Assembly (NCBI GenBank): GCA_008632985.1
Contig: QPGO01000282.1
Span: 38,377-74,369 of the forward strand
DNA: 35,993 nt
Reading direction: 5' to 3'
From: Psammoneis japonica
Taxonomy: Eukaryota
Positions 10,282 to 22,470 of this stretch are shown piece after piece. Positions within the stretch are counted from its first letter, which is position 1; the number at the start of each line of letters is the position of its first letter. The notes under the pieces are model-generated. The model saw nothing but the letters and a program-made list of their open reading frames with translations, was not told where the DNA came from and did not search any database. A program made the position numbers and the translations under genes.

Positions 10282-11840
10282 ATAGTAGTGTTTACATATC
10301 TCTAGTAGAGTTTCCTCGCAAAGCAACAACGCTTGGAGGCTTGCCATGAGGCTAAAGTGTGAATACACGTAACTACTGTATCCGGATTCTCCGCGCGTTA
10401 GCCCAACATGCCATACGGGATCACTATATATATAATATTTTGGACATCATTTGAATTTTCGAGAAGAGTTGCCGACAAACTAAATGTGGGTTCTTTGCAT
10501 CCGCACCAACTTCTCGAGTAAAATACGAAAAGCAGCATCTCACGTTTGGAGTTTTCGATTTCTTTGGAGCTCACACTGTATGTCCGCTATGCTTGGTGTA
10601 GGTTCGTTGTTTTAAAGACAACGTTAATCACAACATGGAAACTATCTAAACCAAGTAGCGATTCGCTACAGCACTTAGCATCGGGCCGAGCAAGCGAAAA
10701 CCGACCCTGGCGTGTGCTTGTGCAGAAGGCGAAGGTGCAAGCAGCAATTGATGAGAAACGTGCGGCGCGAAAGAGGAAGAGCACGACAGAAAGGGTAAAA
10801 AAATCCAAGAAAGAGCTCAAAGAAGAGAGGGAATCATACATATAGTGTCTAAGCAAGATAGAGATGTCTTTTAGCTGCGGCAACAACGCCATGGTGTGTT
10901 TTCATGCATCATGCATCGTGGATCTTCGAGATCGGGGCGCGCGCTCGTTTTGCAGTGACGTTTTGAGGTTTTGTAGTGACGCAGTACTTAGGGCTTATAC
11001 AAGTCCAGTTTTTCAAATGACGTTGTTCATATCAAAATATATATGGATATAAATTTAAAATTAATAAAAATAATGAGTTAGCCGGGGTAGGGCTAGTTGG
11101 TCGCGCACGTTTGGGTTCGATGCAGCCGTGCAACTAGCCATACCCTGCAGGAAGAGCTGTTGGTGGCGCGCGAGCAGAAGCAACAAAGCAAAGAACACGG
11201 CGTGGGTCAAAACGTTGTAAAATGACGCAACAACAAGCAGCGAGAAGAAACCCAACTTGACCCATGAATACAGCGCATACATATTGTCCAACCACTTCAA
11301 TAGTATCTCGTATTCCCAGCTTGTAGATGAGGGGACGGCGTTCGCGTTTCTCGCCATGGTGTTGTTGTGCGTTATCGTGTTGTTTGCGCGCGAAGACCAC
11401 GGGATCTATTTATCCGATAATAACTCTGTTTTGGTAATAGTAGATGTTTTACTGTATTCAATCTGAGAATATTTTGAGAAGCGCTTCGGGGCGACCCTGT
11501 TCGCACCGTTAAATAGAAATTTTTTTTATCCAGATTCCAGAGTTCTTTCGGGGTGTTCTGTCAGACTTTTGAATTGGTATATACATATATTAGAGGCCTT
11601 AGCAAAATCAATGATATGTAATAGCCTCAGAGACCAACATAAATTTATGTTCCATGTAGACCACGTAGATTGTGTACCGGCGGAAAATCCACGGCATGTC
11701 AATCACTCAGTAGTAATTCTACGTATATCCTACTTACACCTCACACACGTACACACACCTACACAGTCTAATAACCGCGCACACGTGCGCGAGAAAAAAG
11801 TCCAACACACACAACACACCCGCCCCCCGCCGCAACAACC

Positions 11841-12527
11841 ATGGCGACTGACACTCCTGCTGACGCTGCTCCTGAAGAGTCGTCATGGGTATTGAAATCC
11901 TTGAAAGAGAATCCTCCGCCAGACGCGTTAGCAGTAGGATGGATCTTACGACAGAGCCGATCTATGCCGGGAACGTACTACTACTACCATCAAGAAACGG
12001 GATACAGCCAGTGGGACCCTCCGCTAGATCAGCCAAAAGAAGAAGAACATGCTCCTCAAGAGATTGCAGTAAAATCAGTTGATAAAGAAACAAAGAAAAG
12101 ACAAGAAACTCGCGTTGCAGCGCAAGAAGAACAGCCTCCGCCGAAGCGCTCCAAACCGACAAAGCATCAGCCGAAAGAAGTTCGCGTCTTGCACTTGCTC
12201 AAGAAACACAGGGGCTCTCGTCGACCCGCGTCATGGCGAAATCCCAAAATTACCAGCACCAAAGAAGAGTCAACGGCGGAATTAGAAGAGTTGGCTGCCA
12301 TTTTAAAGGAATCACAAACGCCTGAAGAAACAAGAGCGACCTTTGAAGAGCTTGCCCGAACCGAGTCGGATTGCAGCTCGGCGAAACGGGGTGGCGATTT
12401 GGGATTTTTTGGTAGAAAGAAAATGCAACCCGCCTTTGAGAAGGCAGCGTTTGATTTGGAAATTGGGGAGTTGAGTGGTATTGTGGAAACATCGAGTGGG
12501 GTGCATATTTTGCTGAGAATTGGATAA
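11841..12527 (+). CDS. PIN1: Pin1/Ess1-type parvulin peptidyl-prolyl cis-trans isomerase with N-terminal WW domain
   Basis: WW domain 'GWILRQSRSMPGTYYYYHQETGYSQWDPP'. Phosphate-binding loop 'HLLKKHRGSRRPASWR'. PPIase motifs 'ESDCSSAKRGGDLGFFGRKKMQPAFEKAAF' and 'VETSSGVHILLR'. Intact 228-aa ORF with an accATGG start context. Confidence 0.97.
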   Translation: MATDTPADAAPEESSWVLKSLKENPPPDALAVGWILRQSRSMPGTYYYYHQETGYSQWDPPLDQPKEEEHAPQEIAVKSVDKETKKRQETRVAAQEEQPPPKRSKPTKHQPKEVRVLHLLKKHRGSRRPASWRNPKITSTKEESTAELEELAAILKESQTPEETRATFEELARTESDCSSAKRGGDLGFFGRKKMQPAFEKAAFDLEIGELSGIVETSSGVHILLRIG

Positions 12528-13764
12528 GCGAAGAAGACAGTCGTTCTTGTTGAATAAGAAAGTATGACAGGAACGCTACTCTAGAGGTCCATGGCGTGGG
12601 GAAAGCCCATTGTGTGGCTGTGCACACATACAGTATCTATAATTTTGTTCCCATAAACAAGTAGTGAAATACTTTTCATCGGAGGTTTCTAGCTCGTGGA
12701 TTAGTCACCTCAAGGACATTGTCTACTCTAGCAAGCTCTACGAGGTATGCTTTGAAGCATTCTCGAAGTAGTCAGTCTCAACACAACGCAGCCGCTCTGC
12801 GCTCCTTCGCATTGTCGACGGGTGGTCCAGCAGTGTATCATCATGAGAGAACTGGACGCGATGCAGAGGATATGTTGTCTTGGGCTGTCCGAAAGAGCCA
12901 ACTACCTCATTTACCTACTACAGATCAGAGGATATTGTTGGATTGGCCGGAAAATGCAGATAGATGATTTAATGCCTGACGTAGCCCTTGTCGTCCACCA
13001 TAAACTGAAGGATTGCCGAGGCTTCATCATGGTCAATAGCCCCAACCCCTTCATGAGATCGTCGACTTCGTTGTTGCGGGAGCAGCAATGACGTGGGCAT
13101 TGTCAACTTTGAATGTAACTTTTCCTTGGTTATTCGCCAGCGTCGTCACCGAGACCATCTTCCGAATCATCGTCACTGTGATCCCGCAACGTTCGATTCA
13201 GATGGAACTCCCCAGCCGCAATCACGACACAGCCTCGGTATCGTCTTGATGATTCACCATAGTCGTTACTTTGTTACGTGATTATGTATGCTTCACCAAG
13301 ACAAATCATCGAGCAGATACAGCAGTGATGATTCCAGTTCCTTCCTCCTTCGTTTCAATTTGCCCATCGCACACCAAATTTGAAGCAAAAAGTTGCTTTC
13401 CTATCCGCAAACCTCATCGTTGCCTCGATACAAAATGAGTTTATTTCGACAGCATCCTCTTGAGACGCTGTGCTGTTGTCCAATCATCAACTCAATGGAG
13501 AATATGGATGTTTATCCGCGGCATCATGGCTCATGGCGATCATCCAACAACTCGGAGGTGGTACGGTATGAAATCGTACGCATTTTCCCGTAGCATCCAA
13601 TAAACAATATTAAGATACAGTTATAAGATAAAAAATTCGAACCGTTTTCATAGGAGAAAAATTCAATGAACTTATTTCAAGGCTTTGGAGTTACATACGA
13701 AAATCGCCAGCCGTCATTTCTTACATTAATTTTTAACCATTAATTTTTTATATTCATTAGACGC

Positions 13765-13836
13765 TACGGGGAATTCAACGCAATTCTCGGTATGGTATGC
13801 CACGGGGAATTCTACGTAATTCTCAGTATGGTATGT
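13765..13836 (+). repeat. 36-bp tandem repeat x2 at the left edge of the TpA-free block
   Basis: tacggggaattcaacgcaattctcggtatggtatgc (13765-13800) followed by cacggggaattctacgtaattctcagtatggtatgt (13801-13836). Confidence 0.9.
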
Positions 13837-14680
13837 GACGGCATGATGTCGTCATCATGATGTCATGACGCCATGCAGAAGTAAGTGCACCAGGGCCCTA
13901 ACTAACTGTGCCGTACAGCCAAAATTCTACCCAAGAAGTGTCATGCACGCATTGTGTTGAAATGCTTTTTCAGTTCTTCTCTTTGCATTGCCCTTTTGTT
14001 GCTCTGGCTCATGTTCATTTTGTCCCAAGCAACATTTTGTCATTGCAGAGCAACAGTTTTTGCAGTGCACAGCAACGGCCAAAAAACGGGCAGCTTCATT
14101 TTCGTCAGAGCAACATTTTCCATTTGGCGCAAAAACATTTTCATCTCTCCGCTTTTGCTGTCCCTCCTTGTTTCTCCCCATGTGATTTTTGCATGGGTTC
14201 GATGCCCATGTCAATGATTTGCTGTGATCCTGTCTGTCTTCACGTGTTTTTCTGTGTGTCGTGTCCTTTGCGGGGGATCAGCTCAACACAGAAAGCTCCC
14301 AGCTCAAAGATCCGTTGATGAATTTGTCAAATTGGCTCACAAAAATTGATGCTCTTGTTCACCCTGCATGATGGTGCACCTGATCAGGAGTTCAACCATC
14401 CACTGAATCCCCGCCGGTTGTTTTTCAGCACAGTGGTCTCCCCCCTGTTTGGCACCTCCTTCCTCCGCAGCACACCATGGTGAGCTCTGCTCCTCTCCAT
14501 CATCTTCGTTGACATGGGTCTGTGACAACAGAGTCTGGTTGTCCTTGGAAGAAGGGTGCAAGCTGCAGATGGTCTGTGAGCGATGGAAAAAAAAACTGTT
14601 GCTTCCAAAAGCACAACTTTTCCCTCCACCCATCCATCTGATTTGGAGCGGCTTGATGGTTTTGTTGTGGCAACTTTCAG

Positions 14681-16900
14681 ATGTTCATCAACCCCATGTC
14701 TGCTCATGCAATCAAGCACTGCAGAAGCAGGGTCCACTCTGGCAAGTCCTTGGAGGATCTCAACACTGAGCTTGAAGCAGACAAGAAGCCTTGGAGACTT
14801 TGTGCTTCTCCCAGGTTTGCTTTCTCTGTTTTCCCAGCTGCTGAGGAGAATTGTGAGATGTGGTGCAAGAAGTTGTGGTGCTTTTTTTCAATGGTTGGCA
14901 ATTGTGACTCCATGGTCATGCTGTTGCCTCACCCACCAGCTGGCTCAAAGTGCAAAACTGTTGCGCACCGCCCCCTTCAGCATTTTGCGGTGCATTGCTG
15001 CCAGGCCTTCAATCAACCATTGAAGTCTTCCTTTGTTGACTCTGTTGCCTCTGACCCTGTTTTGGACATCCACGGCAACAACATCAGATGTGAAGGTTGC
15101 ATCAACAATGCCAAGGGATTTGCCAACATTTGTGCCACCTTGACAAATTCTTGGTGGCAAGCTTGGGACAAATGGCAGCTGCAGAGAGCAGCGTCAAGAC
15201 TGTTTGCAGTTGCTTCATGTGCAAGGGTTGCATTTTGCACCAGTTCATGCCACAATGTTGGAGCACAGGTCTTCCCACAATGACCACACAGCACAAAGAC
15301 CTTGTGAGGTGGGTTGAGCAACAAAACACAGCCAGCGGCTGTCAACCAAAGTCAAAGTCGCCTTTGTTTCCTTCAGACCTTTGGGACATTCATGCCTGCA
15401 TGATTTCCAAAACTGCACCTGGTGGGCTCAATGATTTTGCCAGGTGCACTCAGGTGTTGGCTGCCATCCATGTTGCAGCCAGGTTTGATGGTTGCCAAGA
15501 CATTCATGTGGTGGAAGACTTTGGTTTGTTGCACAAAGACTGGATGATTGAAGAAGCTCCCTTTTTCATTGCCAACATTGCTTTGAGAGTGAAGGAAAAG
15601 ACAGATGGTGACTGGCTTCACTGCATGATCAAGTTCAAGGATGAGACTCCCCAGCTCTGTTTCCTCAGGCATTTGTTGGTGCACGTTCATGTGCCAGGTG
15701 CAAAGGAAGGCTGCATCTTTCCCTCTTCTGCAGACTTGGCAGCACTGTCCATGGCGCTGGCGCGTTGACTCTCAGTCTGAATGCAATCCTGTGTGCCCTG
15801 TTCCTGCCACGTGTGTGTCCATCTCTCGCTGGCTTGTGGAGAGACTTGAGGAAAACTGCAAAAGAGGTGACAAAGCTGATGTTGGCTGCCGCTCTCTCAG
15901 GCACACCTTTTGCACGTTTTCAGTTCTTGGAGGGTGGGAGGAGAGGACATTGAACAAAAGGAGTGCGTGCCACAGGGATTGGGAAACCTCTGAGAAGCAC
16001 ATGAAGAATTGCACAAGCGCTGCAGAGGACATGATGAAAGATCCTGTTCCAAGGAAAAGGAGCAAGATCTGGAAATTCCAAGATGTGAAAATTGAAAGAA
16101 GAGCACAAAGCAGGAGCAGGCTCAACAGCATGATGCCTCGCTCATGTTTCAAAGCACTTTGTTGAATGAGGTGCTTCTTGTGATGCCAGATGACCCAAAC
16201 TGCAAGAACCCCCGGCAACTTTTGCAAAAGAGCAGCTGCTCCATGACCTTGGCCAGTCACTCTTTGGATGAACAATTGCACAGCTCTTCTGCAGCAATTG
16301 GTTGTCTGACATGCACCCTGCTGTGTGGAGCTTCAAAACTTGGTGCACAGCATGGTTGAAAAATTGTCTCATCCAGTTTGTTCTTCAATGTGGGCTGCTC
16401 CATTTGCAGCCATGCTGGGCACAATTTCTCCACAGATTCCACTTGTTGGTCACTCTGTTGCTCCACCTCTTGCCAATTTTTTGCTGAGTCTCCAGCCCTC
16501 TTTTGTTCCCACCCAACTGTTTGCACATGTTGCCACCAACAACACAGACCGCTGTTTTTTTCTCTGTGACTTGGGGAGTGCTTGTGGGCTGGACAAGGAG
16601 AAGGTGGCCAAGTTCAAGAATCTTGGCTTCCACAAACAGGCCATGCAGCTTGAGGCTCTTGCAATGGACATTGTGCAGGTGGGGTCATCTAACCCAGCCA
16701 AGAGGCCACAAACTGTGGACACTGATTTGTTTGTCAGGGCGCACAAGATGGGAAGGAAGAAGCTGTTGTCTGATCCCAAAACCAGAAGCTGGCTCAGCCA
16801 CAACCATTTGAGATTTTTCAACTGTTTTGTTTGGTGCCACCACCTTTCCATTGAAAGCCTCATCGGATCGCACACCTGTGCCACAGGCAGCAAGTTTCAT
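14681..16900 (+). pseudogene. Crypton-type (CryptonS-like) tyrosine recombinase, inactivated
   Basis: N-terminal 'LWCFFSMVGNCDSMVMLLPHPP...PVLDIHGNNIRCEG' and 'GCILHQFMP..STGLP...SPLFPSDL'. Catalytic-domain motifs in order: 'AARFD' (R, 15481), 'VKEKTD' (K), 'LCFLRHLLV', 'GCIFP', 'GCRSLRHTF' (HxxR box), 'SACH...SEKHM' (H...Y box, Tyr position = CAC 15998-16000). Several frameshifts. Confidence 0.82.
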
Positions 16901-17240
16901 CATGACTCATGCAACGCCAGGTCTCAATCATCTGCACCACAATCTGTGTTGCTGGCCCAGATGCTGCAGTTTTTTCCTTGACCTTTGGCCAAAATCTGTG
17001 CTTTCCATTCAACCATCTTAGCCCTCAAATGCTGCACACATCATTTCTTTGGCACAGCGGATGAGCAGTTGTTGCTTTGATGCAGCCCCTTTTCCCACTG
17101 ACATTGTTGTTGGTGTTTTCGTGGCCGCCACACTGGCAGAGAAGAAAAGGGATGTGCAAGTGCAAAGTTTTCTTGAGATGGACATTGGTGACTCCATTGG
17201 CTCCCAGGTGAGCCATGGCAAGAACCATGGAAGGGCATTG

Positions 17241-17890
17241 GAAGACCATTCTTGTGTCAACTCAGCCACTTGTGGCTCTTAGATTGTGCAGGATTCAGCC
17301 ACGAATGCCCAGCTGTTGAACAATGGGAAGTGCTTTTGGAACAGTGCAGCTGCAAAGTTGCACTGTGATGGAATTGGGTGACTGCCTTGGGTCCAGGGGA
17401 AGTCAGCAAAAACCACCAGCGGGCAAGGGAAGAACATTCTTGTGCAGACGTGACCAGTTGTTGCTCTGAGATTGCAGAACTCAGAGCTGACAACCCTGGT
17501 TTTGAATGGCAGGAAGTGATTGTGCAGCAGGGCAGCTGCAAAGTTGAACATTGGCAGATCCATTGTGTTGCTGGGGAGTCAGCAAGAAGCATGGGCAGGC
17601 ATTGGAAGACCATTCTTGTGCCAACACAGCTGCGTGTCACTCTGAGATTGCAGGATTCACCCAAGACAACCTGGCTGTCAAACCATGGGATGTGAGTTTG
17701 GAGCTGTGCAAGTGCAAAGTTGTCTTTTGATGGACTTGGGTGACTGATCAGAGTCCCAGGGGAGCTGGCAACACAACCACCAATGGGTGCTGGAAGACCA
17801 TTTTTGTGCAACCACAGCTGCTTGTTGCTCTGAGATTGCAGGGTTCAGCACAGACAACCCAGCTGTTGAATGGTGGGACAACTTGCTTTT
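17241..17890. repeat. Four diverged tandem units of ~175-190 bp (probable relic of a repeat protein)
   Basis: The anchor gaaga(c/a)catt(c/t)ttgtg...ctct(g/t)agattg recurs at ~17241, 17430, 17605 and 17793. Confidence 0.85.
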
Positions 17891-18783
17891 GGAAAAGGGA
17901 AAGCAAAGAGTCAATTTGTGATGGATGTGGGCATCTCTGCTGAGTCTCCAGGGGGGGGGGGGGTGGCAACAAGCATGGAGGGAAGCTGAGTGACCATTGC
18001 GGCAACTGTCTCATTTTCTGAGTGACTCTGTCACATTGGTCCCTTGCAGAAAGTGCGAGCCAACAGCTTGCCAGTGACAGTCATGGGTCAAGGCATTGAA
18101 ATGACATGAAGGTGCCCACACAATTGCAGATGTGGACAATGAAAGGGAGACAGACAATGAGTGGGAGGCAGACATGAATGATCATTGGCAGAAAAGGCAA
18201 GAAAAATGTGCAACTCTGCACGGACGCATGAACTGCAGAAACAAACATCAACAAATGAAGATGACATTAAATTTGTGTGCCCAATTGTGGGAAAGCAACT
18301 GTTGCCTGTGAGCCCTTGTCATTGCAGTCATCATGGGAACTCTCTGTGCAGTCTTTGCCATGACAAACAAAGCCCACACAAACTTGCATCAATTCCATGT
18401 TTCTTGCACTTTTCAGGTGATCATTGAGGCTTTCCAGGTGCTCCGACGCTGACTCTGCAATGGAGAACTTGGGGTGAACTTCCTCTCCACCAGAGTGCAC
18501 GACAGAGAGGTGATGCACAAACAACATTTCTTTCTTGTCTCCCAGCAAGTCATCCTCAGAAATCTCCTCATTGTCACTTTTCAGAGTGCCACAAAGAACC
18601 CCCATTGGGTGCAGGAGCCTTTCCTCCACCACGAGGCCAAATCTGTCAACCCACAGACCCTTTTCATCAAAAAGGGTCTCATCAAATTTGCAACAACTGC
18701 TGCATCTCTGTTTGTCTCAACTGTCTGCTGAGAATTTTTGGCCAAACATGTTGCGCTGATTGACTCGAACAATTTGTCAACAT

Positions 18784-19203
18784 GCAGCATGCATGCAGAC
18801 AAAAGGTCATTTTGTCACGCCCTTTGTGACATTCAAAGGCTGCAACACGTCGCCGTGGTGCACCAACTCTTGTCAGCAGCTGTGTGTTGCACTCCTCCCC
18901 ATGCATCACGCGTCCATGCGGCTCTTTGCCAACGTGTGCTGACACTGCACGGTTTTGGCGGAACAGTGTGGGCACGTGCGAAGGAACACATCGACAGTGA
19001 TCAATGTTGCTGCAGACAACTCCCACTCAGGGTTTCGAACCCCTGGCCTCCTGCCCAATGGTCACACGATGAACCACTCCGCTGTGAATTCACAACGCAG
19101 CATGCATGCAGACAAAAGGTCATTTTGTCACGCCCTTTGTGACATTTAAAGGCTGCGACACGTCGCCGTGATGCGTTGGCTCTTGTCAGCAGCTGCACGT
19201 TGC
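18784..19203. repeat. Direct repeat, ~107 bp x2 (18784-18890 and 19097-19203)
   Basis: gcagcatgcatgcagacaaaaggtcattttgtcacgccctttgtgacatt is identical in both copies; the remainder differs by transitions. Confidence 0.92.
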
Positions 19204-22200
19204 AAACAACCCAATTGCAGTTTTCCAAGCACCCCAGATTTGCTTGCAACACTTCGTTCCAGAGGTGCTCACCAAAACTGCCTTTTGTGGAGACAAACAT
19301 GTTTGCAGCTGCAAGACTGAAATGTTCCAGCACAAAATTGGGCCCTTTGGAAAATGGCTTGTTGGCTTTTGCACCAAGGGTGACTTCCAGGTTGTCTGTC
19401 ACCCCTTTGAACCCTTCAAGAACCATCTTGCAGTGACGCCATTGAGGGGGGGAGTCTCTCACAGGACCCAAGCATTGCATGGTCAGCGAATTGTCAAAAG
19501 GCAGCCTGCAAACAATGGAGGAGTTGAAGGCCACATGTTTGGAGCAGTGCTCTGGAAATTCATGCAACCCAACAAACAGCTTTTCAAGAATGGCTTCAGG
19601 GTCATCTTCCAGCTCCTTCTTCATCTGGGCTTCCATTTGAAGGATTTTCCCACCTGGCACGCTTCTTCAATGGCAAATTTTGTTCACAGTTGCCCAGCAG
19701 AACAGAGAGAACACAGTGCTGCAACACAATTGTTGCCTCGCTGTGTGGTTGGAGTCAGTCTTGAACCAGTTTGGGCTGGGATGAATTGAGTTGTCACTCG
19801 CCTTCTTTTGGAGAGATGCAGTGCATGCCAAGGCACTGACTCAGCGCCCCAAAACAAAGTCATTGTTGCAACAAAAAGTGGCAGTCAAACAGCTGAAAAA
19901 AATGAAGGCAGTGGACAACAAAACTTGCGAGTTTTTGCCTTCCAGCAACTGCCAAGAGGTGGGCAAGTGGGGGCACTGGAGGGCCATGCTCAGCTTCCAG
20001 CTGCACATGCCCAACTCCTTGAACCTGAGTGAGGAGCTTGCTCCTCGTGTGCTGGACAAGGACTTGTTAAAAAAAAAAAAAGCTGCTTGAGAGGACAGCC
20101 TGTTTTCCATTTCCATGATTGAGAAATGAGAGATGAGACCCAAGCACTGCCACTTGAAGATTGCTGGTGTGTCTGCTCTTTTTGGGAGACACTCATTGCT
20201 GGTGGAAGGAGAGGATCCAGTCCACAGTTGACACAGCAGGATGATGTGTTCCAGTTTGAGAAATTCATGCAGTCAAGTCATTGCAAGGAATCATGGAAAG
20301 GAAAGTTCAGGTTCATCCCTTCTTCTTTCCTGACTCCCTTCCACAGATTCAGGAGGCTGTTCATCAACAATGATCTTCAGCTTGTTCAGGCAAATGCAAA
20401 CAAGGAGTGCAATTTTTTCAAGGGCACAACCAACCATGGCAGAGAGACCTGCATCATGCAACAGGACAAGTCATGGAGGACAAGCACCCATGGTCATGTG
20501 GACCACATCCCCACATGTGATGCCAGTTGCCACATTGACCATTCAAGCATCAGCGCAAATCAACCATGACAGCTTGTGCATGTTGACAAAGCACCTGCTT
20601 GCATTTTCAGGGTTGCAGGGGAGGATGTGGCCAGAGAGGTGAAGCATGGTGGGGAGAAATTCACAGAGATTTGCAAGAATGCAGAGATCAAGGAGATTCA
20701 GAACCTTGGTTTGAGGTGCCAGATGACCAAGAACCGCGGCTGATGGAGCAACACAAGGCAAGAGATTTGGAGAGGCAAGTCAAGAAACAAGGAAAGCTGA
20801 AATTTGATGAAATGTTGAGTGCTGCTGTGGCGATGCAGCATGTGGTGGGAACAACCATGAAGGAGGGAAAGGAGATGCAGTGAAAATGTGGGGTCAACAA
20901 AGAAGTCAAGTGGTCAGCCCATGCAAAAGTTGGAGATTCTGGCAAGGGAGACAAGTGGGTTGAACCAGCAGAGAGAGTGAAGAGGAGCAGGCACAACTTG
21001 CAAACAGCGGCAAGCAGAGGAGGAGGAGGAGGAGGAGGCTTTGGTTGATTCAACTGAAAAGCTTGCAGCAAGCGACAATGCAGAAGAGGTGGCAGAAGCA
21101 GTTGAAAAGGTGGCTGGGTCCAAAAAAAGTGAGCCAATGCAAAAGCAGAACAGCCAGAAGTCCAGCCACAAAAGTGCAGCCAACAGAAGGAAAAGAGCAA
21201 GAAGAAATTGAACAAAGACAATGACCGAATCACTCAAACAGATTTGTGATCCTGCAAATTGGTTGTGAGCAAAACCCAAGAGAGGAAAAAAGAAACCGGC
21301 GGTCTGTGCTGCAAAGCTTGGAGCAAAGCAACCATGTCAGCCAATGGAAGCATGTTTGTGGTGCTGACAAATTGAGTCCCAAAGGGCCCAGATGCTTGTG
21401 CCATGGCAACAAAGTCAGTTAGAAGGGGGGTGCCACCAGGAACAAAGCCACCTCCACACTCAAACTTGAGCATGAAATCAAAGGAGATCTGGGCAGTGGC
21501 AGAGCAAACTGAATCCATGCAGAGTTGCAGTCTTCCTTGAAAGTGAGGCACAAGCCCCCACAATCTGCGTCCAACATGCCCACCCTGGGAAAAGAAGCAA
21601 GAGCTTTAAACAAAACTTGAGTGGCTTGTTGGGGCAGGCACAAGCTGCCAAGAATCAGCTCAATCTTTTTGCAGAGGGGGTCCACAAGTGACAAATTTTG
21701 AAACCCTCTTAAACACCTCCACAGAGAACATTTCTGTGAAGGGATCACTGGGGGGGATCACTGGGGGGGCATGAACAGGAGATTCAAACACCAACAGCAG
21801 CTGCTCTTGAGGGTCTCTCTGCTGCTGTCCTCCTCTGAGGCATTCTGTCTGCCACAAACAAGTTGGTGGAGGCCAGGTGCAGGACCAAATCTCAAAGGAT
21901 GCACAGAACAACAATTGGAAGAGTCTCCAGAGGTGAAGGCACAATTGACAAGCAGGGTCATCAAACACAGCTGTGGTGGATGGTGCTTCTTGTCCTCAGA
22001 GTGTGGTGCAACAAGTCTGTTTTGGAGCAAAGTGTGCACTGGGGCCACAACTCAACATTTTCTTCATGACACATGTCACATCTGCTTTGCATTGTTGATC
22101 AGCACTGCTTCCACAGCTGCACATTCAAAGGAAATTTTGTAAAAAACAACCACATGCTGCCATGGAAACTTGCGCAAAAATGCGCTGGGGCAGCCCAGGC

Positions 22201-22470
22201 ATTGGAGCTCTGTGTGTGGCCATCTCAACACATGAAAAAGTTGTTGCAAATGTCTTGCAGCATGAGAGCTTTTGTTGCCAGTTCAAAAGAGTTCTCTTTG
22301 TGCAAGACAAGAAAAAAATTCCAATTTGTTGCATCACAGGCTCCCAGTCACCAGTCAACAGCCGCACACAAACAAGCAGAGAAGATTTTGTTGGCACTTT
22401 TTTGCTCATGAGAAGCCAAACCAAAAACTTCACTCCAAAGACAAGAGCGGCCCTTCACATTCTGGGGCAA

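Noticed and set aside
10546..10845. Lys/Arg-rich 99-aa ORF
   Set aside because: It has a non-ATG start in the track, is low complexity and has no recognisable family; unsupported.
12719..13593. Short ORFs downstream of PIN1
   Set aside because: No recognisable motifs or consistent frame; at most a decayed fragment.
13765..13836. CRISPR array (36-bp repeats)
   Set aside because: Only two abutting copies, no spacer, no cas genes, and a eukaryotic context.
13896..13901. Telomeric repeat CCCTAA (also at 26428)
   Set aside because: Single hexamers with no array; noted only as a possible border motif.
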